A model generated the notes under the pieces. The model was not told where the DNA came from, did no database searches, and saw nothing but the letters and a program-made list of their open reading frames with translations. From NCBI GenBank assembly GCA_029976075.1, contig JARKNW010000087.1, positions 68,511 to 132,510 on the forward strand: 64,000 nt of DNA. The letters are read 5' to 3'. Each line of letters starts with the position of its first letter. Position 1 is the stretch's first letter. Source of the stretch: Pleomorphomonas sp. Its GTDB lineage: Bacteria; Pseudomonadota; Alphaproteobacteria; Rhizobiales; Pleomorphomonadaceae. The position numbers were made by a program, and so were the translations under genes. Below, piece by piece: positions 29,388 to 40,110 of the stretch.

Positions 29388-29488
29388 TAGAGCATCATCC
29401 GACCGGAGTGAAACGAGGATCGACAAGATGATGCTTACGAAACAAGTACCTGGAGCGCCGATCTGATTCAGATCGAACAGTGCTCCAG
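29388..29488. repeat. RIME-like double-hairpin repeat
   Basis: TAGAGCATCATC...GATGATGCT and CTGGAGC...GCTCCAG. Confidence 0.55.
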
Positions 29489-29517
29489 GTCGCGGTCCTG
29501 AAACGGAGGAGGCTGAC

Positions 29518-29910
29518 ATGGACGAGATTCGGGGTGGCTGCCTTTGCGGCAACGTGCGGCTCGTGGCGACCGGGCGGCCCTATCGGGTGGGGCTCTGCCA
29601 CTGCCTCGATTGCCGCAAGAACACCGGCTCGCTGTTCCATGCCTCGGCGATCTTCCCGGCGGAGGCAGTGGCGATCGAGGGCGAGACGGCCAGCTACGAG
29701 GGGCGGCATTTCTGCCCGCGCTGCGGTTCGTCGGTGTTCGGGCGGAGCGATGACGAGATCGAGGTGAGCCTCGGCGCGTTCGACGACATCGACCGGTTCC
29801 AGCCGACCTACGAGCTCTGGACCATCCGACGCGAAGCCTGGTTGCCGCCTTTCCCGCTGAAGCACAGCTATGAACGCAACCGCGAGAGCGACGGACGGCG
29901 CGAGGATTAG
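29518..29910 (+). CDS. GFA (CENP-V) family Zn protein
   Basis: GGCLCG, CHCLDCRK, RHFCPRCGS. Confidence 0.9.
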   Translation: MDEIRGGCLCGNVRLVATGRPYRVGLCHCLDCRKNTGSLFHASAIFPAEAVAIEGETASYEGRHFCPRCGSSVFGRSDDEIEVSLGAFDDIDRFQPTYELWTIRREAWLPPFPLKHSYERNRESDGRRED

Positions 29911-30012
29911 GGAAGGCGCGAGCTCGGAGACGGGATGAGGGCGTGTCGATTTCCATAAAAGGCGCGGATCAATCCGTCTTGCGCTCTTGTCCTATAAATG
30001 AGACAGTTGCCC

Positions 30013-30315
30013 ATGTTCGAAATTCGCCAGACCGAACGCTTCGAGGCGTGGTTCACCCGCCTCTCCGATCGGCAGGCGCGATCCCGCATCTTGGTGCGGA
30101 TCGATCGTCTTGCACTTGGCAATCCTGGTGACGTGAGACCCGTAGGACACGGTGTGTCGGAACTCAGGATCGATTACGGGCCGGGCTATCGGGTGTACTT
30201 TGTTCGGCATGGCGGAAAGCTGATTGTCCTTTTGGCCGGGGGCGACAAGCGCACTCAGTCCAAGGATATCGAAGACGCCATTGCGCTGGCGGCGGAATGG
30301 GGAGACCAAGCATGA
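30013..30315 (+). CDS. type II TA toxin, RelE/HigB-like addiction module killer (HI1419 family)
   Basis: RIDRLALGNPGDVRPVG.GVSELRIDYGPGYRVYF...LLAGGDKRTQ. Confidence 0.9.
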   Translation: MFEIRQTERFEAWFTRLSDRQARSRILVRIDRLALGNPGDVRPVGHGVSELRIDYGPGYRVYFVRHGGKLIVLLAGGDKRTQSKDIEDAIALAAEWGDQA

Positions 30316-30614
30316 CGACAGTCACCAAGCCATTCGACACCGCCGAGTATCTTCAGACCGGCGATGATATCGCCGCCTATCTGGAGGCGGCATTCGAGGA
30401 TGGCGATCCGGCGCTGGTTACCCACGCGCTCGGCGTGATTGCCCGCGCACGGGGGATGAGCAAGCTCGCCCGCGATACCGGCCTTGGTCGCCAAAACCTG
30501 TATGTGGCGCTATCCGAAGGCGGAAATCCGACTCTGGCGAACTTCATGGCCATCACCAAGGCGCTCGGGCTGGCGGTTCGAGTGGAGCCGATCTCGCGAG
30601 ACGCGGCGGAGTGA
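30312..30614 (+). CDS. type II TA antitoxin, HTH addiction module antidote (HI1420 family)
   Basis: FDTAEYL...ALGVIARARGMSKLA...LSEGGNPTL; ATGA overlap with toxin. Confidence 0.9.
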   Translation: MTTVTKPFDTAEYLQTGDDIAAYLEAAFEDGDPALVTHALGVIARARGMSKLARDTGLGRQNLYVALSEGGNPTLANFMAITKALGLAVRVEPISRDAAE

Positions 30615-30812
30615 GCTGTCTTGGGTTTGTAGCGCGTTCCCGGTGGGGCAAGAACCCGCGGTGGCGCTTCCTTACGGCACACCCGAAGGCCTTGCTGCCC
30701 GTACTGAACTTGTTCATCGTGATATCGCAAATGGCGGGGCGGAACCGGCCGGGCCTTCGGGGGTTGTGATATCCTGATGGATGGATATGCCTCATGCCAT
30801 GGAGACTTGGCC

Positions 30813-31643
30813 ATGGCCGAGTTCGATCGATCGAGCTTTTCGCGTGTTCCGGTCTGTGTGACCTGCGGCACGCAATACCCCGAAGCGGAGCGGATGACCG
30901 AGTGTCCCGTCTGTCGCGACGAACGGCAGTTCGTCGGCTGGAAGGGGCAGCGCTGGACGACCTCGACGGAGATCGCCGCCAACCACCAGATCCAGTTCGA
31001 GGATTGCGCCGGCGTGATGACGATGTCGCTGGCGCCGGAGTTCGGCATCGGCCAGCGCGCCTTCCTGATTCCACAGGAGGGCGGTATGGTGATGTGGGAA
31101 TGCCTTCCCGCCGTCACCGACGCGGCGCTGGAACGGATCGCCGGCATGGGCGGCGTGCAGGCGATCGCCATCTCGCACCCGCATTTCTATGCCGCCATGC
31201 ACGAATGGAGCGCGGCGCTCGGCGGCGTGCCGATCTATCTCCACGAATCCGACGAGGACTGGGTGCGGTTCGACAGCCCGTTCCTGCGCTTCTGGGAGGG
31301 TCACAGCTTCTCGCTGACCGCCAACCTCGATCTCGTGCATCTGCCCGGCCATTTCGACGGCAGTGCCGGGCTTCACTGGAAGACCGGTCCGCGTCCCGGT
31401 GGCAGCCTTTATCCTGGCGATGCCATCCAGATCGTGATGGACCGCCGCTTCGTGAGCTTCATGCGCAGCTACCCCAACCTGATCCCGCTCGGCCCCAAGG
31501 CGGTGAGGCGGCTCGAGGAGCATGTGTCGCCCTTGGTGTTCTCGGACCTCTACGGTTCGTTCGCCGGCCGGGAGATGATCGGCGACGCCAAGGAACGGGT
31601 GGAGGCGTCGTTCGCGCGGTACAAGGTGGCGCTAGAGGGGTAG
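30813..31643 (+). CDS. MBL-fold metallo-hydrolase with N-terminal CxTCG zinc site
   Basis: CVTCGTQY...CPVCRDERQFV, ISHPHFY, GHFDG, FMRSYPNLIPL. Confidence 0.88.
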   Translation: MAEFDRSSFSRVPVCVTCGTQYPEAERMTECPVCRDERQFVGWKGQRWTTSTEIAANHQIQFEDCAGVMTMSLAPEFGIGQRAFLIPQEGGMVMWECLPAVTDAALERIAGMGGVQAIAISHPHFYAAMHEWSAALGGVPIYLHESDEDWVRFDSPFLRFWEGHSFSLTANLDLVHLPGHFDGSAGLHWKTGPRPGGSLYPGDAIQIVMDRRFVSFMRSYPNLIPLGPKAVRRLEEHVSPLVFSDLYGSFAGREMIGDAKERVEASFARYKVALEG

Positions 31644-31922
31644 GGTTCGGTCCTCTCAGCGCGGCGCCTTGGCGACCCGCCGCATCGCGCCGTCATTCCC
31701 GCGAAGGCCGCTTGGGCAGAATGGGGTGCGAGGCGAACACGGGGCGCCCACCCATCGATCCTGACGCAAGCCGTCTCGGTTGCATGTCGTACTATCGGTT
31801 CCGCCAGTTTTCCCTCGCATCGCTGACGTGGCGCGGGAACAAAGGCTGTCATCTGCGGTTTGTCTGGCCATGCTCTTTTGGGGCTGCGGCGCGGTCTTTG
31901 TTCCGTCTTCCAGGAGGAGTGC

Positions 31923-32333
31923 ATGGGGCCAACAAAATTAAAACTGCTTGTTTGCCTGTTCCTTCTGGGCGGAGCCACCATGGCCCAGGCCGCCTGCCTT
32001 ACGTCCGTCAGCGAGGTCAAGGCCAACGGGATCAAGGCCCGCTGGCAGGAGACGACGGCGAACGATGGCAAGCCGCTGACCATCGTCATCACCGATGGGG
32101 CCAACGGTCTCGTCTACTCGGCCAGCAAGGCCGGCGAGCCATGGCTGACCGGGGAAGCATCGGTCTGTCGCGCGGGAAACGCCACCAAGATCACCCTGGA
32201 TAAAACCAAAGCCACGACCAATGTGCCGATGATTGCGAGGATGGCGCTGCCCTCCACGTTGTCGGCCAACATCGTCAACGATGAGATCAAGCTGGCAGGC
32301 GGCGCATGGAGCGGGACCTTCGTGGGGCGGTAG
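31923..32333 (+). CDS. hypothetical exported protein
   Basis: GGAGGAG RBS; signal peptide ending AQA; WQETTANDGKPL motif. Confidence 0.7.
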   Translation: MGPTKLKLLVCLFLLGGATMAQAACLTSVSEVKANGIKARWQETTANDGKPLTIVITDGANGLVYSASKAGEPWLTGEASVCRAGNATKITLDKTKATTNVPMIARMALPSTLSANIVNDEIKLAGGAWSGTFVGR

Positions 32334-32384
32334 GGGCTGATCTGCAAGTTTTGGGTGGAGCGTGATAGCGGCCCCTTGCTCTAC

Positions 32385-32530
32385 TCGTCCTGAGGTCCTG
32401 CGCCTGCGCGCAGGATGACAGGTTTATACAAAGGAAACAAAGCGGTAGTCGCTGTGCCGGCCCCTATGAAGCTGTTATCCTGCGCGCAGGCGCAGGACCT
32501 CGGGCAGAATGGAGCAAGCGGCTTGTATAG
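32385..32530. repeat. REP family A full REPIN-like element
   Basis: GAGGTCCTGCGC-CTGC-GCGCAGGATGAC ... GTTATCCTGCGC-GCAG-GCGCAGGACCTC. Confidence 0.85.
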
Positions 32531-32772
32531 CGCTCCATCCATGTGAGGGAGCCTGCTATGGCCCGTGCCGCATCTTCAAAAAACAGCCAAGGTCAACCCA
32601 AACCTCACCAAGCGATTGGCAGCCGGAGATGTGTGCATGCCGTAGCGCTAAGGCGGCAAGTTCGGGCAAAAAGGGGCGCCATGGGTAATATCAGGCGCCT
32701 CTCCATCCAATCCTGACAGAAACCGCCCAATCTGCATGTTGGTATCATTCCAATAAACCGGAGGAGGGTTCC

Positions 32773-33183
32773 ATGAAGATCACTGTCGAGACGACCGTTG
32801 CCGCGCCGCTCGCCGAAGTGTGGCGCGCCTATGTGACGCCGGAGGATATCAAGGCGTGGAATGCGGCATCCGACGACTGGCACACCACGGCGGCCAGCGT
32901 CGATTTGCGCGAGGGCGGGGCGTTTTCCTCGCGCATGGAGGCGAAGGACGGCAGCGAGGGCTTCGACTTCGCCGGCACCTACACCAGGATCGTGCCGCAG
33001 GAGCGCATCGAGTATGCCTTCGGCGACCGGGCGGCGCAGGTGTCGTTCACGCCACGACAGGACAGCGTGACGGTACGTGTCACCTTCGACGCCGAAAACG
33101 TCTATCCGGAGGAGCAGCAGCGCGCCGGCTGGCAGGCGATCCTCGACAACTTCGCCCGGCATGTCGAAGGCAAGCGGCCATGA
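32773..33183 (+). CDS. SRPBCC/AHSA1 family protein
   Basis: MKITVETTV...WNAASDDWH...DLREGG.FSSRMEAKDGS.GFDF...QQRAGWQAILDNF. Confidence 0.9.
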   Translation: MKITVETTVAAPLAEVWRAYVTPEDIKAWNAASDDWHTTAASVDLREGGAFSSRMEAKDGSEGFDFAGTYTRIVPQERIEYAFGDRAAQVSFTPRQDSVTVRVTFDAENVYPEEQQRAGWQAILDNFARHVEGKRP

Positions 33184-33412
33184 GCACGCTCGCCCTGTTC
33201 GCGACCATTGCGGTGATCCATCTGCTCGCCGTCGCCAGCCCCGGCCCGACGCTGATGGTGGGGCTGTTTTCGGTGGCCTGGTGGAACGCCGTGGTGCTGC
33301 TGTTCGCCTTGCCGGCGGTGCAGCGGGGTATGCCAAGGCGCGGTGGATGAATGGATGCGTTGATGGGCGCTGCTCTTGGCGCTGGAGGGGATGGCTGTTG
33401 TTCAGCCGGTGA
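33180..33412 (+). pseudogene. LysE/RhtB exporter remnant with large internal deletion
   Basis: N-terminal LLAVASPGP joined directly to last-helix sequence; frameshifts. Confidence 0.7.
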
Positions 33413-33434
33413 GATGGGGGATTGTGCGGGTGGG

Positions 33435-33582
33435 AGACCTATATCAGCCGCTCGCTCTACCTTCCTGAGGTCCTGGCCTGCGCCAGGATGACAGAATTAT
33501 ATAAATAAAACAAATGTATAGGCTGTCATCCTGCGCGCAGGCGCAGGACCTCGGGACGAGAAAGCGCTGAGGGTGATATCAG
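33435..33582. repeat. REP family A full REPIN-like element
   Basis: GAGACCTATATCAGCCG...GAGGTCCTGGC-CTGC-GCCAGGATGAC...GTCATCCTGCGC-GCAG-GCGCAGGACCTC. Confidence 0.85.
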
Positions 33583-33901
33583 GCTGCTGGTGCAGCTGGA
33601 ATTCAGTGCCAGCGGTCATTTCGCCGCAAACTGCTGTCGGAGCCGCTGCCCGATCCGAGTCCTTTGGGCGAATTGTCTACCTCTCCAAACAAGATTATGA
33701 AGGGGCCGACTATCGGGGTTTACCCGTAGGGTGCCATCGAATCCGACTGAACGGATCGGCGCCACAGGTCGGTTTTATCAGGCATCGTCGATCGGCGTTT
33801 CATCGATCGGATGCCGTTTCAGGTCACTCTCGCGGAGGACGGATCAGGGCAAAGGGGGGACTTCGGAACGTCGTGGCCAACGCTTCTCGAGGAGGAAAAG
33901 C

Positions 33902-34876
33902 GTGGACAGGTCAGATGAACTTCACGCACGCCACATCAGGGACACGCTGGCCGCCGGAGGGGCGGTCCGCTCGGTCGTTGCCGCCTCATGGCATCGGTCG
34001 CAGGAGTTGCACAAGCTCGATCCGGCGTCGCCCCGCTCGCCCGTCTGGCGGTTGACCGAACAGGAAATCGATCTGGCCCGGCAGCCGCTGGAGCCGCTGA
34101 TCGCCTGCGCGGAGAGCGCCATGGATCGCCTGCATGCCGCCGTCGGCGGGGTCGGCTGCTGCGTGCTGCTGGCCGATCGCAACGGCGTCCCCCTCGAACG
34201 GCGGGGCGCGGCCGGCGACGACGCCACCTTCAGCGCCTGGGGCCTGTGGATCGGCACCCCATGGAGCGAAGGCACCGAGGGCACCAACGGCATCGGCACC
34301 GCCATCGCCGAGCAGCGGCCCGTCACCATCCATCGCGACCAGCACTTCTTCAGCCGCAACGCGCTCCTCAGTTGCACTTCCTCGCCGATCCACGACGCTG
34401 AGGGACAGCTGGCGGCGGTGATCGACGTCTCCTCCTGCCGGGCCGATCTGACGGAGGGCTTCTTGACGCTGATCGCCCAGTCGGTGGTCGTCGCGGCGCG
34501 GCGCATCGAGTGCGACCTGTTCCGCCGCGCCTTCCCCAAGAGCCGCATCATCCTGGCGCCGTCGCCCGAGGGGCGGGCCGATGCACTGGTGGCCGTCGAT
34601 GGGCACGAGCTGATCGTCGGCGCCACCCGCGCCGCCCGGCAGCTTCTCGGGCTGACGTCGGCCGACATCAACGGCCACGCCCCGATCGGCGATCTGATTG
34701 TCCGGGAGCGGGAGGCCGACGATCTCGCCGCCGGCGAGCGCTCCGTGGTCCAGCGGGCCCTGGCCCGGGCGCACGGCAATGTGTCGCATGCCGCCGGATT
34801 GCTCGGTATCAGCCGGGCGACATTGCATCGCAAGTTGAATAAACTTGGTCTTCATGAGCGGACCGCGCACGCCTAG
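33902..34876 (+). CDS. GAF + Fis-HTH regulator (AcoR-like but lacking the AAA+ domain)
   Basis: ASWHRS, WSEGTEGTNGIGT GAF; GNVSHAAGLLGISRATLHRKL HTH; no GAFTGA/Walker A seen; GAGGAGG RBS. Confidence 0.85.
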   Translation: MDRSDELHARHIRDTLAAGGAVRSVVAASWHRSQELHKLDPASPRSPVWRLTEQEIDLARQPLEPLIACAESAMDRLHAAVGGVGCCVLLADRNGVPLERRGAAGDDATFSAWGLWIGTPWSEGTEGTNGIGTAIAEQRPVTIHRDQHFFSRNALLSCTSSPIHDAEGQLAAVIDVSSCRADLTEGFLTLIAQSVVVAARRIECDLFRRAFPKSRIILAPSPEGRADALVAVDGHELIVGATRAARQLLGLTSADINGHAPIGDLIVREREADDLAAGERSVVQRALARAHGNVSHAAGLLGISRATLHRKLNKLGLHERTAHA

Positions 34877-35082
34877 CGCTTGATCCTAAATATTAGTAAT
34901 CGATCTGGCCGTCGACCAAAGACTGCAAAGACGCACTCAGCTTTTACTTGTGAACTCAAGCTAAGGCTGCAGGTGGCGTTGCAATGTCACCTCTCTTAAG
35001 CAATTATCCATAAATAACACAAAGCGGGTGCCTTTCTCATTCCCGCGATTCGAGTAGAAGTTGTCGCCCGAGGGGCTCGATC

Positions 35083-35535
35083 ATGACCTACAAAGAAGCG
35101 GCAAAGGCCGCGTTGAGTGAGCTCGCGTTAAAAATTGGAGAGTACGGTCAATCAGTCGCAGACAGGACGATCTCTGAACAATTCAACATAACGAAAAACG
35201 CTTCCGATTTTGTTGGATTCCTGACCAATATAGCTTTCTTAGCTACTGTTCAGTCATTCATAAATATAGAACTAAATAAGGCGAATTACCTGGAAATGAT
35301 ACCCCTTCTCGCTGTGGGTGTATTCTTTCTGTTGGTTCAATTGTATTTTTCAATATCGCTATCCCAGACGATATACAAAATCACAATCCGATTATATGAA
35401 AATTACATAAATATTTTAGATCCTGACATAAAGAAGTCATCGAGAGTCATTTTCGTAATAATTTTAGTGACCCAGGTTGTATACTACTTTATGGTCAGAT
35501 ATATAACCCGAATGGTAGAGGCTCATCTTGGGTAG
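35083..35535 (+). CDS. very low-GC hypothetical membrane protein
   Basis: 150-aa ORF, about three hydrophobic segments, strongly A/T-rich codons. Confidence 0.65.
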   Translation: MTYKEAAKAALSELALKIGEYGQSVADRTISEQFNITKNASDFVGFLTNIAFLATVQSFINIELNKANYLEMIPLLAVGVFFLLVQLYFSISLSQTIYKITIRLYENYINILDPDIKKSSRVIFVIILVTQVVYYFMVRYITRMVEAHLG

Positions 35536-35643
35536 GCGCGACTAAGAAGATCGGAATCAAGAGTATTAGTCCTAAGTCCAAACCCAACTGCTATGCGCGA
35601 CAGGCGGAGCCGCAAAGCACTTTTGCTGGTGTATTTAGGAACC

Positions 35644-35707
35644 CGCTCCGCTCCGGTTCTCGAACGCGTCGCCATCTGCCGCACCCCAGCGAATTTCAAG
35701 CGCAGGC
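35644..35707. mobile_element. MITE-like family B, 3' half
   Basis: CGCTCCGCTCCGGTTCTCG...CGCCATCTGCCGCACCCCAGCGAATTTC. Confidence 0.75.
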
Positions 35708-35745
35708 CGCCGTCGCGCCTCGGACTGTCACTCCCGTCATCGGAC

Positions 35746-35763
35746 TGTCGCAGAACTGCGACA
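35746..35763. promoter_or_regulatory. palindromic operator upstream of the aldehyde dehydrogenase gene
   Basis: TGTCGCAG-AA-CTGCGACA perfect inverted repeat. Confidence 0.65.
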
Positions 35764-35863
35764 CTGGCGGCCAGCCGTCGTGGTGGACTGGCTGGATATC
35801 GGGTTTCCCTTACGCAATTCTCCCGACAGCGCGGTCAACGCGCGACAATTTCGGGAGGACGAA

Positions 35864-37381
35864 ATGACCTATCAGAGCACCGTCAAGGCCGCAGACCTGC
35901 CGTTCCGCACCAAGTATGGCAACTACATCGGCGGCGAGTTCAAGGATGCGCTGAGCGGGCGCACCTTCGACAACCTGTCGCCGATCACCGGCCAGAAGAT
36001 CTGTGAAGTCGCGCGTTCCGAGGCCGCCGACATCGAGCTGGCGCTGGACGCGGCGCACGCCGCTCGCGAGGCCTGGGGCAAGACCAACGTCGCCCAGCGC
36101 GCCTATATCCTAAACCGCATCGCCGACCGCATGGAGGAGAACCTCGGTCGCCTGGCGCTGGCCGAGACCTGGGACAACGGCAAGCCGATCCGCGAGACGA
36201 CGGCCGCCGACATTCCCTTGGCCATCGACCATTTCCGCTATTTCGCTGGCTGCCTGCGCGCCCAGGAAGGCACGCTCTCCGAGATCGACCACGACACCAT
36301 CGCCTATCACTTCCACGAGCCGCTCGGCGTGGTCGGCCAGATCATTCCCTGGAACTTCCCGATCCTGATGGCCGCCTGGAAGCTGGCGCCGGCGCTGGCC
36401 GCCGGCAACTGCGTGGTGCTGAAACCGGCCGAGCAGACGCCGGCTTCGATCCTGGTGCTGATGGAGCTGATCGGCGACTTGCTGCCGCCCGGCGTGCTCA
36501 ACGTCGTCAACGGCTTCGGCCTCGAGGCGGGCAAGCCCTTGGCGTCCTCGAAACGCGTCGCCAAGATCGCCTTCACCGGCGAGACCTCGACCGGCCGGCT
36601 GATCATGCAGTATGCCGGCCAGAACCTGATCCCGGTGACGCTGGAGCTCGGCGGCAAGTCGCCCAACATCTTCTTCTCCGACGTGCTGGCCGAGGATGAC
36701 GACTTCTTCGACAAGGCCATCGAGGGCTTCGTGATGTTCGCCCTCAACCAGGGTGAAGTCTGCACCTGCCCGAGCCGCGCCCTGATCCAGGAAAGCATCT
36801 ACGACAAGTTCATCGAGCGGGCTCTCACCCGCGTCCATGCCATCAAGCAGGGCAGCCCGCTCGACCCGACGACGATGATTGGCGCCCAGGCCTCCGAGGA
36901 GCAGCTCAACAAGATCCTCGGCTACTTCGACATCGGCCGCGAGGAGGGCGCCAAGGTGCTGACCGGCGGCTCGCGCGCCCATCTCGGCGGCGATCTCGAA
37001 GGCGGCTACTACGTGACGCCAACCGTCTTCCAGGGCAACAACAAGATGCGCGTGTTCCAGGAAGAGATCTTCGGCCCGGTGGTCTCCGTCACCACCTTCA
37101 AGGACGAGGACGAAGCGCTGGAGATCGCCAACGACACGCTCTACGGCCTCGGGGCCGGCGTATGGAGCCGCGATGCCAACCGCCTCTATCGCTTCGGCCG
37201 CAACATCCAGGCCGGCCGTGTCTGGACCAACTGCTACCACGCCTATCCGGCCCACGCGGCCTTCGGCGGCTACAAGCAGTCCGGCATCGGCCGCGAAACC
37301 CACTCGATGATGCTCGACCACTATCAGCAGACCAAGAATCTCCTGGTCTCCTACAACCCCAAGAAGCTCGGCTTCTTCTGA
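35864..37381 (+). CDS. aldB: NAD-dependent (acet)aldehyde dehydrogenase (AldB/AcoD/ExaC type)
   Basis: [52 protein letters not shown]. Confidence 0.93.
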   Translation: MTYQSTVKAADLPFRTKYGNYIGGEFKDALSGRTFDNLSPITGQKICEVARSEAADIELALDAAHAAREAWGKTNVAQRAYILNRIADRMEENLGRLALAETWDNGKPIRETTAADIPLAIDHFRYFAGCLRAQEGTLSEIDHDTIAYHFHEPLGVVGQIIPWNFPILMAAWKLAPALAAGNCVVLKPAEQTPASILVLMELIGDLLPPGVLNVVNGFGLEAGKPLASSKRVAKIAFTGETSTGRLIMQYAGQNLIPVTLELGGKSPNIFFSDVLAEDDDFFDKAIEGFVMFALNQGEVCTCPSRALIQESIYDKFIERALTRVHAIKQGSPLDPTTMIGAQASEEQLNKILGYFDIGREEGAKVLTGGSRAHLGGDLEGGYYVTPTVFQGNNKMRVFQEEIFGPVVSVTTFKDEDEALEIANDTLYGLGAGVWSRDANRLYRFGRNIQAGRVWTNCYHAYPAHAAFGGYKQSGIGRETHSMMLDHYQQTKNLLVSYNPKKLGFF

Positions 37382-37575
37382 GAGCCTGGTCGAAATTCTA
37401 CTGGGGTGGGCATATGGCTTAGTCTTCTGCGCTTCCGGGGCTCACGAACTTTATGTTCGCTCCGCTCCGGTTCTCGAAGCCGTCGTCAAGGGCATCCGCC
37501 CGAAAAGTTGCAGACTTTTCGGGCCAAGCGGATGCCCAGGGATGCCGCACCCCAGCGAATTTCGCTCCAGGCTCT
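37381..37575. mobile_element. MITE-like family B copy with nested hairpin (37490-37537)
   Basis: TIRs AGAGCCTGG/CCAGGCTCT, first base shared with the aldB TGA; insert GGGCATCCGC-CCGAAAAGT..ACTTTTCGGG-GCGGATGCCC. Confidence 0.8.
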
Positions 37576-37655
37576 GGTCGCGAGCATCAGAGCAACGATT
37601 GAAGCGTCGATCTGGCTGGGCTGGGTCGGCGCTTCATACTCTTGGTGGGATGAAG

Positions 37656-37840
37656 GAGACCTATATCGGCCGGTCGCCTTGTTCTGCCCGAGGTCCTCGC
37701 TTTCGCAAGGATGACAGCACGATAGGAACGGGAGCCCAGCTTGGGACCCGACCTATCCAGCTGTTATCATTTATATACTTCTGACATCCTTGCGAAAGCG
37801 AGGACCTCGGGCAGAAAAGGGCACTGAGGGAATTATCGGG
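37656..37840. repeat. REP family A full REPIN-like element
   Basis: GAGACCTATATC...GAGGTCCTCGC-TTTC-GCAAGGATGAC...ATCCTTGC-GAAA-GCGAGGACCTC. Confidence 0.85.
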
Positions 37841-37903
37841 CACCCCCTGCGATCCAGACCGTTCGCCGGGTGGCCAATTATCGCAAATTCTTCGGCGAAG
37901 GCC

Positions 37904-38644
37904 CTAGCGGATCAGCGCTTCGAATTCATCCGGCGTTATCCACTTGGCGGGGGCAAGACTACGGGTCCCAGCTATCCACGACGTCATGCGCTCGACAAGC
38001 CAGTCATCGCCGTAACGGATCAGACTGAAGCCGACCAGAAAGTTGAGGTCGTCGAAGGAAACAAGGGCCACGCGCTCGGTTGCGGCGTCACCCCGAAAAT
38101 TCCGGGCGTGCTGGGAAAACAGGCGCTGTTGCTGTTCGCTGTTCAGTTTCTCCGGCGATGGGGTGCCTATTTTCGATATCGAAAGTTCTGACAAGCGCTT
38201 AGCTTGCACAGCGTCAAACATATCCCTCGCAGCTGTCGGGTAGTTTGGATTAGTGTAGGATGTGCCCTCCGTAAGAGCGTCGACAATCACTCGATTGTTA
38301 GTCATCATCATCAGACTGTAGGTGAAGTACTGGATACTTCTGGCAATCTCACCTGTGTAGATGGCTTTGTTGACCGAGGTGAAAAAGGGATCGCTGGCCG
38401 GCATGGCGTAGTAGGGTGCGATCAGCTTGATCTGCTCGGATTGCGCGACGAAGTCGAAGCCCTTGCTCATGCGGTCGACGGCCGTCGTCGCCAGAATGGC
38501 CTCGAAATCCTGGTTCTTCAGCGCATCCATGAAGGCGGTAATGGCCTCTTCCGGTGTTTTGAAATGGCCCTCATCGGCAGCGTAAGCCCCGGTCCACCAG
38601 AGACTGGCGACGACGACAACTATCCAAGACTTCAACAAACGCAT
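37904..38644 (-). CDS. hypothetical exported protein (lower GC)
   Basis: Signal peptide ending AYA; FKTPEEAITAFMDALKNQDF resembles an NTF2-like/DUF4878 start. Confidence 0.65.
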   Translation of the reverse strand: MRLLKSWIVVVVASLWWTGAYAADEGHFKTPEEAITAFMDALKNQDFEAILATTAVDRMSKGFDFVAQSEQIKLIAPYYAMPASDPFFTSVNKAIYTGEIARSIQYFTYSLMMMTNNRVIVDALTEGTSYTNPNYPTAARDMFDAVQAKRLSELSISKIGTPSPEKLNSEQQQRLFSQHARNFRGDAATERVALVSFDDLNFLVGFSLIRYGDDWLVERMTSWIAGTRSLAPAKWITPDEFEALIR

Positions 38645-39230
38645 GATGCTCTCTGCCAATGACTGTGATCCGGTTCCATTGTCTGGGACCGTGGAAGCCT
38701 GAGTGTCCAGCCCACTTCACGGCGACGGGTTGATGCTACCCGGTGGTGAGGAGACGGATTCTCGTCGGTGTATTGCAGTCAGTCTTGTTCTTTTCCCGTG
38801 CATCGGCAAGGGCGCGTAACCCCTACGTGTTCCCGGGGGCGAAATCGGCCCGGCGCATCACTCAGTCGCAACGGTATTCCGCCATTGAAAAGACTGACGG
38901 CGCCGCCGATGTGGGCGTCGAGCCCGGCATCCAACGCCCGGCGAGCTTGGCCGGGAAGGCCGATTCTCGATCCTCGTTTCGCTCCCTTTCTATGGGCCCT
39001 GTTCTTCGAAATCCCGCGCAGGATTGACCACCGTCCGGAAAAACACTGACGCGGTGGATAGTGATGGATTGAAATATTTTTCAATGTTACATCTTATCTC
39101 GCGGCTGCAAAACGAGTGGTTTGTAATGTTTCGGCATTGCAAATTCTTATTCCAAAAGCATCCGTTTGAGAGGCGGAAATATCAACACCGGATGAGGAGA
39201 GGCAGACCGGTCTTCGCAGGAGGAGTTACT

Positions 39231-39722
39231 ATGTTTGGTAAGACCGTTATTGCATTTGCGCTCGGCACCCTGATGTCGGGCGCGGCTCTTGCCGCCGATG
39301 CCTCTAAGCTGATTCTCCCGGGTGACATCACGCTCGCGCAAGCCGACAAGGCCATCGACGCAGCCAAGGCCAAGGCCAAGGAACAGGGCACGCTGATGAA
39401 CATCGCCATCGTCGATGCCGGTGGCAACCTGAAGGCTTTTGCCCGCATGGAAGGTGCCTTCCTCGGCAGCGTTGACATTTCGATCAAGAAGGCCAAGACC
39501 GCCCGCCTGTTCAACATGCCGACCAAGGATCTCGGCGCGCTTGCCCAGGTTGGCCAACCGCTCTACGGCATCGAGGTCACCAACGATGGCCTCGTGATCT
39601 TCGGCGGTGGCGAGCTGATCAAGGACAAGAATGGCGTTATCATTGGCGCGATCGGCGTGTCCGGTTCGTCAGTTGACGATGACATGGCCGTTGCTAAGGC
39701 TGGTGCTGCTGGCGCCAACTGA
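39231..39722 (+). CDS. GlcG/HbpS-family heme-binding protein with signal peptide
   Basis: [31 protein letters not shown]...GAIGVSG; GGAGGAG RBS. Confidence 0.9.
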   Translation: MFGKTVIAFALGTLMSGAALAADASKLILPGDITLAQADKAIDAAKAKAKEQGTLMNIAIVDAGGNLKAFARMEGAFLGSVDISIKKAKTARLFNMPTKDLGALAQVGQPLYGIEVTNDGLVIFGGGELIKDKNGVIIGAIGVSGSSVDDDMAVAKAGAAGAN

Positions 39723-39746
39723 TCATCGCTCCCTCCCTAACCGCGG

Positions 39747-39779
39747 CCGGCCCGACTTGTTCGGGCCGGTTGTCTTTTG
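39747..39779 (+). terminator. intrinsic terminator
   Basis: CCGGCCCGA...TCGGGCCGG followed by TTGTCTTTT. Confidence 0.6.
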
Positions 39780-40110
39780 AGGAGGCGACGAGCCAATCGA
39801 ACTCCGGTTTGCGTTTCCAACGTTGTGTTCTCGGTAATTTCGGACGCAAAGCCGGTTGAGTGATACCGGCGCCCCCATCTCTATCAAGTTCCCCCTTGCA
39901 TCCGATAGGTGTGCTACGTCCTTGGGCCCTGTGTTCACGTCACGCCCCTTCTGCCCGAGGTCACTCAGGGCGGAGGGTGCCGAAGGACATGGCAGTTTTC
40001 ATTCCCCTCATCTGAGCAGATCGGCACAGAACGAGAGCAATCTTGCGCCGAGTTCCGGCCTGAACGATGCTAGTCCTGCCTCATCGCAATCGAGGACGAG
40101 GACGGAGGCC

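Noticed and set aside
12391-37840. Repeated palindromes as a CRISPR array or integron attC sites
   Set aside because: Dispersed, occur as inverted pairs, no regular spacers, no cas or intI genes, no RYYYAAC/GTTRRRY boxes
38743-39084. Short overlapping ORFs in the divergent intergenic region
   Set aside because: No coding signature or recognisable homology
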